DNA of 53,993 bases from Candidatus Azambacteria bacterium (GCA_016200965.1 JACQDT010000013.1:1-53993), one strand, 5' to 3'. Shown: positions 17,369 to 26,394, counted from the first letter of the stretch. Made by a program: numbers and translations. Notes: generated from the letters alone by a model not told the origin.

Positions 17369-18025
17369 CTACGGATTGCGCGAAACGTTCATCACGAATA
17401 GAGACACCAAAAGAAATGCCGCAAAGAGAAGCGTGTTTCCCGCCCACAAAAGCTCCATATTCATCGCGGTCGGCAGTAAAACCCCGCTCATGCCGCCCAC
17501 AAAAAACGCGAAACCCAAAAACAACAGCGGGCGCCTATGTTTGCTGACGCCGACCGAATGAGTAATAAGCGTAAAGGCAATGGAAAACGAGAAAATGAAC
17601 ACGAGCGCGCCGAACACGAGCGAGTCAATGACAGGATAATCCCACCGCACCAGCGCATTGTTCAGCGCCGGCCACAGAAACCACGGCACGCTCCACACCA
17701 TAAGTTTCAACCCAATCAGCGCGACGACCGCGATGCTTAACATATTGGGGGAAAAAGGAAGACGCGCAAAATGAGCGAACGCCCGTAGCACAAACGCAAA
17801 CGAAAACAGAACGACGAGCAACCCGACTTCCGCGACCACGCCCGCAAGCGGCACAAAAAACACTGGCGCCAAAAGGTATATCACAAATCCGAGTCCCAGT
17901 ACAAAGAAAAACAGCGCAAATTCCAGATGGTCGGCATTACGGCTTTTTTTCCATACCGCATAAAAATATCTTCCCGTCCACAACGAGACCACGCTACAAA
18001 ATGTATATAACACAATGGAAAACAT
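17369..18025 (-). CDS. Multi-TM membrane protein, paralog 1 (most diverged)
   Basis: MFSIVLY...FVLRAFAHF...LVRWDYP. Confidence 0.8.
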   Translation of the reverse strand: MFSIVLYTFCSVVSLWTGRYFYAVWKKSRNADHLEFALFFFVLGLGFVIYLLAPVFFVPLAGVVAEVGLLVVLFSFAFVLRAFAHFARLPFSPNMLSIAVVALIGLKLMVWSVPWFLWPALNNALVRWDYPVIDSLVFGALVFIFSFSIAFTLITHSVGVSKHRRPLLFLGFAFFVGGMSGVLLPTAMNMELLWAGNTLLFAAFLLVSLFVMNVSRNP

Positions 18026-18059
18026 ATGGCATATTCAGCATACCATATCCGCTCTTGGC

Positions 18060-19748
18060 TCACAATTTATCCTCCCAGTTTATTTGAATAAATGGAATAC
18101 GGGAAATGAGACGCCGCGCCGGAAGTGGAACCGCCTCCCGCAACGCAAAAAACTCGGGTATTTTCAAGAAATAGGACGCCGCAGAGTACGCCAGAAAACC
18201 GGCAAAAAACGCCACCATTCCCTGACTGAAAATGCCTGTAAATTTTTGCATATTCACATGCGGAGCGATGCTATAGAGCGCACCATACACCGCAAGGGCC
18301 ATGACACACGCCGCGAGATTTATCTTAAGCAAAGAAGAAACGATACGCGATCCGTCAAATTGCTCCACACGGCGCGAAAATGCGATATATAACCACGCAA
18401 AATTCACGATTGCGGAAAGTGAAAATGCGATAGGGAGCGCAAGCACTTCGGCTCCCCGAACGTCGGACACCCGAAACGCCGCGCCAACCGCAGAAGCGAA
18501 CACTCCTCCCTCCCGCATGAGACCGAGAAAGAAAAAACTCAACACGACGTTAAGCATCGCCGAACTGACGTTGATGAACACCGGCGTTTTCGTATTTTCA
18601 AGGGCGAAAAAAGCGCGGGAAAATAAAGGAACGAGGGATTGCGCAAACACGGAGATCGCGAACGCACCAAGGGCCGCCGCGGTCAGGCGGGTGTCTTCCC
18701 AGGAGAACTGCCCGTATCCCAAAATCACGCGCACAATCTGCGCGCGCTCAAGAATGAAAAATATGGAAACAGGAATCACAAAAAACAAAATCTGGTTTAC
18801 TGCGCCGTATAAGCGCCCGAGAAATGCCTTTATGTCTCCGGCGGCGGCGTGCACGGCAAGAAACGGGAATACCGCGCTTGCAAACGAGAATGCGACAATA
18901 CCGATGGGCACGAATTGCAGATCGTTCGCAAAATTGAAAATCGCCACGCTTCCCGGCGTGACCGTGGACGCAATCGCCGTAATCACCACGAAATTGATTT
19001 GGGTCGCGGCAAGGCCGACGATGCGCGGCAGAGAAAGCCACGCGATTTTCCGGACCCCCTTATGCGCAGTATCAAATGCAGGCCTGAACGAAAAACCGAT
19101 CTTAAAAAGCGGGGGGAGTTGAATGGCAAGATGCAAAAGCGCGCCCAGCACCACTCCCATCGCAAGCCCGATGACTCCAAAATATTTTACAAAAAAAACC
19201 GCGCCGATGATGATACCCGTATTGTACATAATGGGCGCAAGCGCGAAGCTGAAAAACATTTTATGGGCCTGTAAAATACTCCCCACCACATGAGATATTC
19301 CCAACAATACAGGACTTAAAAACATGACGCGCATCAGCGCCACGGCGCTTTTTTGTTTTTCCGGACTAAATCCCGGAGCAACCAGCGAGATAAGCTCCGG
19401 CGCAAACGCCATCGCGACAAGCGCGGCGCATGCCACTGCGGTCACAAATACCGTCAGCACGATGTGCGTAAGATGCCACGCCTCCTGCAAAGATTGCCTG
19501 CGATAGTGCGCGAACACGGGAATGAACACGGAACTCAACATGCCGACAATGAACAGATTGTACACAAAATCCGGAATAAGAAATGCCGCGAAGTAGGTGT
19601 CCATCACGTCCCCCGCCCCAAATTCTCCGGCAAAAATCCTATTGCGAACAACTCCGAGTAATTTGGATAAAAAAGAAAAAAAGCCGATGGTAAAAGCGGC
19701 TGAGGCGACGATAGTGAACTCTGTATTCAAAAAATACTTCAGCTTCAT
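18060..19748 (-). CDS. murJ: Lipid II flippase MurJ (MviN)
   Basis: SKLLGVVR, DTYFAAFLIPD, SRAFFALENTKTP motifs. Confidence 0.95.
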   Translation of the reverse strand: MKLKYFLNTEFTIVASAAFTIGFFSFLSKLLGVVRNRIFAGEFGAGDVMDTYFAAFLIPDFVYNLFIVGMLSSVFIPVFAHYRRQSLQEAWHLTHIVLTVFVTAVACAALVAMAFAPELISLVAPGFSPEKQKSAVALMRVMFLSPVLLGISHVVGSILQAHKMFFSFALAPIMYNTGIIIGAVFFVKYFGVIGLAMGVVLGALLHLAIQLPPLFKIGFSFRPAFDTAHKGVRKIAWLSLPRIVGLAATQINFVVITAIASTVTPGSVAIFNFANDLQFVPIGIVAFSFASAVFPFLAVHAAAGDIKAFLGRLYGAVNQILFFVIPVSIFFILERAQIVRVILGYGQFSWEDTRLTAAALGAFAISVFAQSLVPLFSRAFFALENTKTPVFINVSSAMLNVVLSFFFLGLMREGGVFASAVGAAFRVSDVRGAEVLALPIAFSLSAIVNFAWLYIAFSRRVEQFDGSRIVSSLLKINLAACVMALAVYGALYSIAPHVNMQKFTGIFSQGMVAFFAGFLAYSAASYFLKIPEFFALREAVPLPARRLISRIPFIQINWEDKL

Positions 19749-21895
19749 TTGATACTCACGATAAATGATTTGTCGGCGGCGAGGTCGCCTGAAAATTCAG
19801 TGGACACACTACCTTGTACATCAGAAATAACTTCTTTTCCCTCCGGCGGGACCAGCGTGAAATGAAGAAACGCGTTTACTCCCGGCTGTTTTTGGAACAC
19901 AAACGAAAGATCGCGCTCGGCCCGGAACGGGAGTGTGTACGTGTAAATGATCCTTGCGTCTTTTTCCGGGATCCATCCCCCAAACACCGTTTTCCCGGAT
20001 TCCTTGAATATGTCCGTGTGCGACGCTTCGTCCGCGCGTAGAGTCGCCCGCGCGAGCGCAAGATCATCGTCAACCCTGAACCCTTCTTTTGCATAATCAA
20101 TCTGCCCAACCACGCCTCCGGAAATGTTTCCTGACGCCTCAAGCAGTTTTGATCCTTCAGGCACATACACGCGCACGTAACGCGACGGACCGCCGTCTTC
20201 TTTCGCTTCTCTGTTTTTAAATTCAATAACCACAGTATTTACGATTTCATCTTCTTTGGTTATGTGCGTTTCCTTCAAAATGCGGGGGGCATCCGCGCCG
20301 CTTTCCCCGCGCACGGCGCCAATATCGCTTAACGTCACGGCTAAATAATCCGCACCTTCGTCTTTCGCGATTCTCCCGTCCCATCCGTTTTGCTCGACCA
20401 TGCTCTGACGCGCCTGATCCTTCGTCCACAGCATAATGTTTTTCTCTTTAAAGCTTGTCGCCATAACAGAAAGCGCCGCCGCCACGCGTTCCTGCGGCAT
20501 GTGTTCGAGCTCGCCCGCAAGCGCGAACACGACATCTTCAAGTGCCTTGGAAGGATCGCCCGATGTCTTTGGGGAAAAATCGATTTCCGTCCGCGCCGCC
20601 ATCAACTCCCCCACATTGAAGGAACTGACGATCACTCCCTCGTTGCGCGGCACCGAGATCGGACCGGTAATATCCAAAAGACGCTTGAACATTTTTTCAT
20701 CCACAGCAATAACTCCGTCTATGTCTTTTCCTCCCGCCTGCGCATAAAAATAGGCGATCTTTTGCGCAGAAAGCGGAAAATCCAAAAACCAATTCGCGTT
20801 GCGAAACGCCCATACGGTAGTCACTTTCTGCAACGGTTCCGGAGGAACCGTGTTGACCAAAAGCTCCCCGTCCAAATTATAGACGTCATCAAACGCCACC
20901 TTAACGATAGCTCCTCCCGCGGTCTCTATAACCCCATATGATCCGATGAGTCCGCCGGTGGCCCGCGGCACGGAAACGTCCTGGACCGCCACGAGAAACC
21001 GGCGCGGCCGGTCAACACCAAGCGCCCAGGAAGCAAGCTCAAAACGCGAAATGAGAAAATCCGTGTTTGCGGCAACGAGCGAAAGCCGCGGCCCGATGAT
21101 AGAGAGACGATCGCGTTCTTCCTGCGTCATATCCCCTTGGGAAACGCGCTCAAGCGCATCCCGCGCGGATGCAAGTTTTTCCTTTGCCTCTTTCATGCGC
21201 GCCAATGATTCCGCTAAGAGCGCGCCTACGGCCGGCACCCGCTTATCTGTTCCCACATGTGCCAAAAGCGACGCCTGGGAAAGCTTAAAAAGCGGGTCTG
21301 CCGCGTCAATCGCCGACTGAGCCGCCTCGGAAAAAATACGGTCAAATTTTGATGCGTTGTTTTCTTCTCCTAATTCCAGAAACGGAATAAAAGAAAGGAG
21401 AGAGGGCACCGCATGCGAAAACGAACTGGAGCGCCGTGCGTCCCCCGCGGCGCGATATGCGTCGTGAAAAGAAAATACCGCTTCGGAAAAATGAAGTCCG
21501 AGAAACGCGTTTTGCGCGGCGATAATGCGGTCGTACGTTTCCGCGGTCGTCGCAAACGGTGCGCCGGAGCGCGGAAACATCCCCCACGCATACGCAAACA
21601 ACAGCGCGATCACCGCGCACGAAAACACGGCCGTACCGATGTTTCCCATGTTCCTAAAAGAAAATCCGCCGCGCACCGAATGACCCGGAAGCACCTGATA
21701 ATACACCGTCATACGACGACTGCTCCGCTCTCTGCGTTCGCGGGTTGCCGTCACCCCTTCTTGCGTCTTCGCCGCGCGATCGTCGGAAGCGAAATACACG
21801 TTGCTCCCCTTGTTTTCATGCTCAAGATAAAACTGAACGAATTCTTCTTCGTCCATATGTTCCGCACGATGAGATTTGTTTTTATCAGTTGGCAT
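19745..21895 (-). CDS. DUF4012-domain protein
   Basis: RATGGLIGSYG, RNANWFLDFPLSA, DGVIAVD, YVRVYVPEGS, QKQPG. Confidence 0.85.
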   Translation of the reverse strand: MPTDKNKSHRAEHMDEEEFVQFYLEHENKGSNVYFASDDRAAKTQEGVTATRERRERSSRRMTVYYQVLPGHSVRGGFSFRNMGNIGTAVFSCAVIALLFAYAWGMFPRSGAPFATTAETYDRIIAAQNAFLGLHFSEAVFSFHDAYRAAGDARRSSSFSHAVPSLLSFIPFLELGEENNASKFDRIFSEAAQSAIDAADPLFKLSQASLLAHVGTDKRVPAVGALLAESLARMKEAKEKLASARDALERVSQGDMTQEERDRLSIIGPRLSLVAANTDFLISRFELASWALGVDRPRRFLVAVQDVSVPRATGGLIGSYGVIETAGGAIVKVAFDDVYNLDGELLVNTVPPEPLQKVTTVWAFRNANWFLDFPLSAQKIAYFYAQAGGKDIDGVIAVDEKMFKRLLDITGPISVPRNEGVIVSSFNVGELMAARTEIDFSPKTSGDPSKALEDVVFALAGELEHMPQERVAAALSVMATSFKEKNIMLWTKDQARQSMVEQNGWDGRIAKDEGADYLAVTLSDIGAVRGESGADAPRILKETHITKEDEIVNTVVIEFKNREAKEDGGPSRYVRVYVPEGSKLLEASGNISGGVVGQIDYAKEGFRVDDDLALARATLRADEASHTDIFKESGKTVFGGWIPEKDARIIYTYTLPFRAERDLSFVFQKQPGVNAFLHFTLVPPEGKEVISDVQGSVSTEFSGDLAADKSFIVSIK

Positions 21896-21932
21896 AAGAT
21901 ATCCTGATATTGCATGGAATTTTTATCATTTC

Positions 21933-22206
21933 CATTCCGCATGATTCGTTGAAAAAACCGTTCGCAGGATGAGCGGGCATGGTGTCCGCCGTACATCGGT
22001 CCGTTAATCCGCCGACCGCTCCAGCGGCGGCCTTGCTTATCCCCGCTACGGTGAGGTTTTGGTGTCGGATTGTACCAAAACCACCGAGCTCGCCTGCTCC
22101 GAAGATTTCCTGACCGATGTACGGCGGACGAGCGAAGCCGAGAGCCGAGCGGCGCGCTCTCGCCGGGAGCGCGAACGCGTGTTTTTTCAGCGAATCATGC
22201 GGAATG
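21933..22206. repeat. 274-bp rod-like hairpin element (MITE or ncRNA)
   Basis: 26-bp terminal stem CATTCCGCATGATTCGTTGAAAAAAC / GTTTTTTCAGCGAATCATGCGGAATG; inner 18-bp GTCCGCCGTACATCGGTC stem; innermost GGTTTTGGT/ACCAAAACC. Confidence 0.75.
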
Positions 22207-22238
22207 AAAAACATAATGTAATGTTAAAATTTTATCCT

Positions 22239-23627
22239 TTAACATGCGGAGCGGTCGCGGAACAACACCACACACGTCCGAAATAAAATTTTTATATCCA
22301 GCAACAACGACCAATTTTCTATGTAATACGTGTCCAATTTTACCTCTTCCTCGAAAGGAAGATCGGACGAGCCGGAGGTCTGCGCCATGCCGGTCATCCC
22401 GGCTTTTATCACCAGCAGCTTCTTATGATGCGCTTCGTACCGCGCGACCTCTTCCGGCTCATGCGGCCGCGGCCCCACCAAACTCATTTCTCCCTTCAAT
22501 ACATTCCATAATTGCGGCAACTCATCAATGCGCGTTTTGCGCAAAAACCTCCCCGCGCGCGTCACGCGCGGGTCATTGTGGATTTTAAACAATGGACCGC
22601 CGTCTTTGCGTTCGTTGTATCGCATAAGCTCCGGCTTAAGCTCGTGCGCGTTATCTACCATAGAACGGAATTTGTACATGGTGAACCGGCGGCCCAGCGT
22701 CACGCGGTCAAGCGCCACCATGACCGGCCCCTTGGAATCCAGCTTGATCCACACCGCCACCACGCCGAAAAACGGCGCGCACAGCGCAAGCCCGAGCGCG
22801 GAACCGAAAAGATCCGCCACGCGCTTAGCCACCCTCCCCCACCCGTCAAGCGCGGTATGCTTGACTTCAATGAGCGGAACGCCGCCGATCACATTCATTT
22901 CCACATGCGTCGTCAGCGTCTGAAACAGCGTCGGGGCGAAACGGAAATTCAAATGCATATCTCTGCAAAACTCCGCAAGCTCGGCAATGGCTTCTTTCGC
23001 GTAATCGGCGTCCCCTACCAACACCGTATCAATGTTCTGACCGGCCATCGCTCTTTTAATTTCGTCTATATCCGTCGCCGCGATGCGCCCCGCCACCGTA
23101 TATCCCAGCGATCGATCGCGCTCCATCTCGCGCGCAAGAATATGAGTGGCCTCGTTGTCGCCCACAAGCAATACGCGCTCCGTTCCCATCCGTCGGGTCG
23201 CAATGAGATACCGTTGAAAGCCCCGAAACACCCATCGCCCCACAAGCACATACACAATGGAAAACGCCCACGAGGCAATGATAATAAAACGGGAATCAAA
23301 CCATTCCCGCGTCGCAAAGATGTACACGATCACGGCCATCACGGCGAACGAACAGGAAGCGATCACATGAAAAAATTCCTGCAAAACATCACTGCGCTGA
23401 GTGCGGTATAAACCGGTCAGCGCGAATACCAACAGCCAGAACGGAATAATGGCGGCGAGCATGAGCGCGTATCGTTCAAACGGTAAATTGAGATAAAAAA
23501 GCACCGGCCGCCATTCGGCAATAAAGGAACTCGTGCGCAAAAAATACGCCGACAATCCCGCGCAAAAAAGCATGAGCGCATCAAGCGGAACCAGCGCGAA
23601 CACAAAAAAAAGAGACGGCTTTCTCAT
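22239..23627 (-). CDS. Polyprenyl-phosphate sugar phosphotransferase (WcaJ/WbaP-like)
   Basis: KRVAD, YKFRSM, DPRVTRAG, DELPQLWNVLKGEMSLVGPRP; start uncertain (could extend to 23663). Confidence 0.93.
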   Translation of the reverse strand: MRKPSLFFVFALVPLDALMLFCAGLSAYFLRTSSFIAEWRPVLFYLNLPFERYALMLAAIIPFWLLVFALTGLYRTQRSDVLQEFFHVIASCSFAVMAVIVYIFATREWFDSRFIIIASWAFSIVYVLVGRWVFRGFQRYLIATRRMGTERVLLVGDNEATHILAREMERDRSLGYTVAGRIAATDIDEIKRAMAGQNIDTVLVGDADYAKEAIAELAEFCRDMHLNFRFAPTLFQTLTTHVEMNVIGGVPLIEVKHTALDGWGRVAKRVADLFGSALGLALCAPFFGVVAVWIKLDSKGPVMVALDRVTLGRRFTMYKFRSMVDNAHELKPELMRYNERKDGGPLFKIHNDPRVTRAGRFLRKTRIDELPQLWNVLKGEMSLVGPRPHEPEEVARYEAHHKKLLVIKAGMTGMAQTSGSSDLPFEEEVKLDTYYIENWSLLLDIKILFRTCVVLFRDRSAC

Positions 23628-23756
23628 GCCATCCATCATACAGAACACACGGTATTTTTTCAATTGGGCAAACTAAAACCTCAACTGGATAGCTAAGGTC
23701 GAAACATGCGAACATTCAGAGCAAACGCGCAAGATAACTATAAGCCGGATTCTGTA

Positions 23757-23806
23757 TCCCGCCCTTTTGGAAAAGAATGTTTTTATTCCATGCCAAAAGG
23801 GCGGGA
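23757..23806. mobile_element. CCCGCCCTTTTG-family hairpin occupying the P19 position of RNase P RNA
   Basis: TCCCGCCCTTTTGG...CCAAAAGGGCGGGA between the P2 3' strand and ACAGAATCCGGC. Confidence 0.75.
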
Positions 23807-24046
23807 CGGCAATCATTTCTCTTGGCGCGCCGTTACCGGCGCGCTCGTGCGACTACCTTGCCCCTCGACGTCGCCTAGGGGCAATTTTGTCTTGCACCTC
23901 GTAAGGATTTGGCCGTTTCACCCCCTCACTTGCAAGCAAGTGAGGGGCTACGCCCCGAATAATCAGGGCGCCCGAATATCGTTTCCAATATCGGCGTCTC
24001 TGTTCGCACCTCTGGGGTCGCCCCCGACGGCCGTTAGCCGCTACGT

Positions 24047-24100
24047 TGCCCAGCCCTTTTGGCAAAGAATAATTCTATTCCATACCAAAAGAGCTGGGCA
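24047..24100. mobile_element. CCCGCCCTTTTG-family hairpin at the P5.1-equivalent position of RNase P RNA
   Basis: TGCCCAGCCCTTTTGG...CCAAAAGAGCTGGGCA just 3' of the GAAAGTCCGGACTC segment. Confidence 0.7.
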
Positions 24101-24117
24101 GGAGTCCGGACTTTCCT

Positions 24118-24436
24118 CCCCGCCCTTTTGATGTTATAGGTTTTGTTGATATTATGATAAGCATGTACTATGTATATCTTATCAAAAGTACAAAGGCGGA
24201 TTTTCTCTATGTTGGAGTAACTGATGATCTCCGCAGGAGATTTTCCCAACATAACTCCAAAAAAGAAATATCAACAAAACCCTACGCACCTTTCAAACTG
24301 ATTTACTACGAGGCCTATTGTAGTAAAAAAGATGCTCTCATCCGCGAAATCAAGTTGAAACATCACGGGAGTGTGATAGGACACCTGAAAAAGCGCGTAC
24401 AGCATGGTTTGAAGGAATAGCATCAAAAGGGCGGGG
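24118..24436. mobile_element. 319-bp GIY-YIG-encoding insert forming P3 of RNase P RNA
   Basis: Perfect 16-bp inverted repeats CCCCGCCCTTTTGATG / CATCAAAAGGGCGGGG between GCAATCG and AGGAAAGTCC. Confidence 0.85.
24163..24420 (+). CDS. Small GIY-YIG nuclease, antisense inside rnpB
   Basis: YYVYLI...LYVGVT...RRRFSQHN...YYEAY...ALIREIKLK; TAG abuts the right inverted repeat. Confidence 0.93.
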   Translation: MYYVYLIKSTKADFLYVGVTDDLRRRFSQHNSKKEISTKPYAPFKLIYYEAYCSKKDALIREIKLKHHGSVIGHLKKRVQHGLKE

Positions 24437-24527
24437 CGATTGCCCGTTATCTTATATCGTTTGCTCTGAATATTCACATTTCAAAGAATACATACACAAT
24501 ACAGAGAATACGCTATATTGTCAACAT

Positions 24528-24947
24528 CTAATTGTCCAACGCTTCATTTACCATTTTATCGGCAAGCGTGTTCTGCTCGCGCCGGACGTGCATGAACGCC
24601 ACGCCCGCGAAATCCGTTTTGAGATTCCATACCTCTATGAACAGCTGTTGGATGTGCGGCGTGGAAAGCTTGTACTGCCCGTTTAACTGGCGCACGGCGA
24701 GCTCGGAGTCCATGCGCATATCTATAATCATTTTTTTTGCTTTTTCTTTGCCGTACAGTTGCTTGGCTTTTTTGAGCGAGAAAATAATCGCTTTGTATTC
24801 GGCTTCGTTGTTGGTGCCGTCCTGGACGCGCTCGCCGTACGTATGAAGCGGCTGTCCCGTGCGCGCGTCCACGAACGCCACCCCGATTGCCGAAGGCCCC
24901 GGATTCCCCCGCGACCCCCCGTCGGTATAGATGATGAGTGTATCCAT
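24528..24947 (-). CDS. rnhA: Ribonuclease HI family protein
   Basis: YTDGGSRGNPG, TNNEAEY, DSELAV, REQNTLADKMVN. Confidence 0.93.
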   Translation of the reverse strand: MDTLIIYTDGGSRGNPGPSAIGVAFVDARTGQPLHTYGERVQDGTNNEAEYKAIIFSLKKAKQLYGKEKAKKMIIDMRMDSELAVRQLNGQYKLSTPHIQQLFIEVWNLKTDFAGVAFMHVRREQNTLADKMVNEALDN

Positions 24948-24979
24948 GCAGATATGGTATCACACCATTTCGGAGAAAC

Positions 24980-25014
24980 AAAAAGAGGCCGGATTTTATC
25001 CGGGCCTCTTTTTT
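24980..25014. terminator. Intrinsic terminator-like hairpin
   Basis: AAAAAGAGGCC-GGATTTTATCCG-GGCCTCTTTTT. Confidence 0.65.
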
Positions 25015-25036
25015 AAAAGCGAATCTCGTACACATC

Positions 25037-25432
25037 CTAACGCTTCAGAGCGATAAGTGCGACGCCAATCACTGTAAGAACGATACCAATAAAGTGATAG
25101 GTGTCGAAGCGAATGTGATCGAACCACTTCGGCAATATAGTCGCGCATACCATAATCGCAAGAAAGGCGAGTGCGCTTGAGGCGTTGATGATCGCCACTG
25201 GGAGCGCTGGGTTTGGCGCGGTCGCAATGGCTTGGAAAGCAAGAATATTGTCCGATTTTATATCAACAAAGTCGCGAAAACAAAAACCCGGAGAGTGAGT
25301 AGTGGAAGGTGTGATGCTCCCATGTGCTCCGGCCGGGATGAGGATCCTTGTAAGGCTCCTTGGAAGGCGCCGCTTTGGAAGAGGCGCGCGTATGAAAACC
25401 GCGTATTTAATTTGAGAGAAGTCTTGATTCAC
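25037..25432 (-). pseudogene. Degenerate EamA/DMT-like membrane protein fragment
   Basis: Only the C-terminal ~70 aa look genuine (FQAIATAPNPALPVAIIN...GIVLTVIGVALI); upstream hydrophobic sequence lies in another frame. Confidence 0.35.
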
Positions 25433-25599
25433 CGCTTGTCAGCGCCGAAAATAGAGAACTTTTATCCCCCCAAGCGGCATAATCGGCATTCTCCGAACTT
25501 TTTCAAGTCCAGTATTATTAATGAACACCCCTGTTCAAGGTCAGCTCGACCGCGCCGCCTTCTGCACTAGAATATAACAACTAATGGAGAAGAAAGGTG

Positions 25600-26217
25600 T
25601 CACCTTTCGCGTACGCGCGCAATAAACCGAAACGACTGCTGACGCACCGCACGAAACGTGCCGATAGTGTAATGCATGTGGCGTAACGCGGGATGCGCGG
25701 CGAGTTTTTTACGGCCCCGCGATAAACCAAGCTTTATCGCATTTTCAGTTTTATGCAGGGCGTGCGCGATCTCCTTTACGCTTTGCCCTTCCTGATATTT
25801 CAGAGACAATATATGCCTGTGGACCGGCGCGATATCCGAAGCCGCGCTCCATACTTGTTGCGTATCAAATCGTATAGTACGCGCTTGAGCTTCTTTTTCG
25901 CCTTTCTCGTCGGGAATCTGATCTGCCCCCTCAAAGGCTGATTCCTTTTTTTTCCTGTAATAATTTACACAAATGTTATGGGCAATCGTGAAAAGATAGT
26001 TGAGATAGGATCCGCCGTGATGCCTATAGTGAGACAAGTGTGCAAACGCGTGCAAAAACGTGTCCTGCGTAAAGTCCTCTGCCGTTTCTTTCCTACCGAC
26101 ACGCCGGAGCATATATCCTTTCACCCTTTGGACATACTTTTGGTATAGCAGGCCGTAGACCTCTTTGTCATTTTGCGATCTCTCGATTAAGAGAAGATCG
26201 TCGTCATATCGCTCCAT
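25600..26217 (-). CDS. ECF-type RNA polymerase sigma-70 factor
   Basis: AEDFTQDTF, YLFTIAHNICVNYYR (region 2); SVKEIAHALH...IKLGLSRGRKKL (region 4). Confidence 0.92.
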   Translation of the reverse strand: MERYDDDLLLIERSQNDKEVYGLLYQKYVQRVKGYMLRRVGRKETAEDFTQDTFLHAFAHLSHYRHHGGSYLNYLFTIAHNICVNYYRKKKESAFEGADQIPDEKGEKEAQARTIRFDTQQVWSAASDIAPVHRHILSLKYQEGQSVKEIAHALHKTENAIKLGLSRGRKKLAAHPALRHMHYTIGTFRAVRQQSFRFIARVRER

Positions 26218-26363
26218 ATGCTTTTGTCATTTCAAGTGTATGACAAAAGCCAATGTGCGATCTGATACTTTATATTATCCCGCAAATACCATTTGCCTGT
26301 CCATGTTTTTCATCACAATTTATCAACTGCTTGTACACCTGTTTATGCACATAGTTATCAACA

Positions 26364-26394
26364 AAGAAGCAGTCGCTTAAGGCGACTGCTTCTT
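26364..26394 (-). terminator. Intrinsic terminator after the surface-protein gene
   Basis: AAGAAGCAGTCGC-TTAAG-GCGACTGCTTCTT. Confidence 0.7.

Larger units (their letters stand above)
23731..24453 (-). ncRNA. rnpB: RNase P RNA carrying insertions in peripheral helices
   Basis: P1 AAGATAAC/GTTATCTT, GGGCAATCGC, GAGGAAAGTCCGGACTC, ACAGAGACG, GGTGAAACGGC, AGAGAAATGATTGCC, ACAGAATCCGGCTTAT. Confidence 0.95.

Noticed and set aside
21885-22286. ORFs 21885-22214 and 22059-22286; tmRNA or SRP RNA candidate
   Set aside because: The ORFs read through a long hairpin and have no motifs; there are no tRNA-like ends or SRP helix-8 motif.
24118-24436. Group I/II intron in rnpB
   Set aside because: The insert is almost entirely an antisense ORF plus inverted repeats, leaving no room for, and no motifs of, a catalytic intron core.
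26270-26365. Replication origin from DnaA-box-like words (also TGTGGATAA at 4460-4468)
   Set aside because: Boxes are few or degenerate, and there is no dnaA/dnaN context or clear unwinding element.
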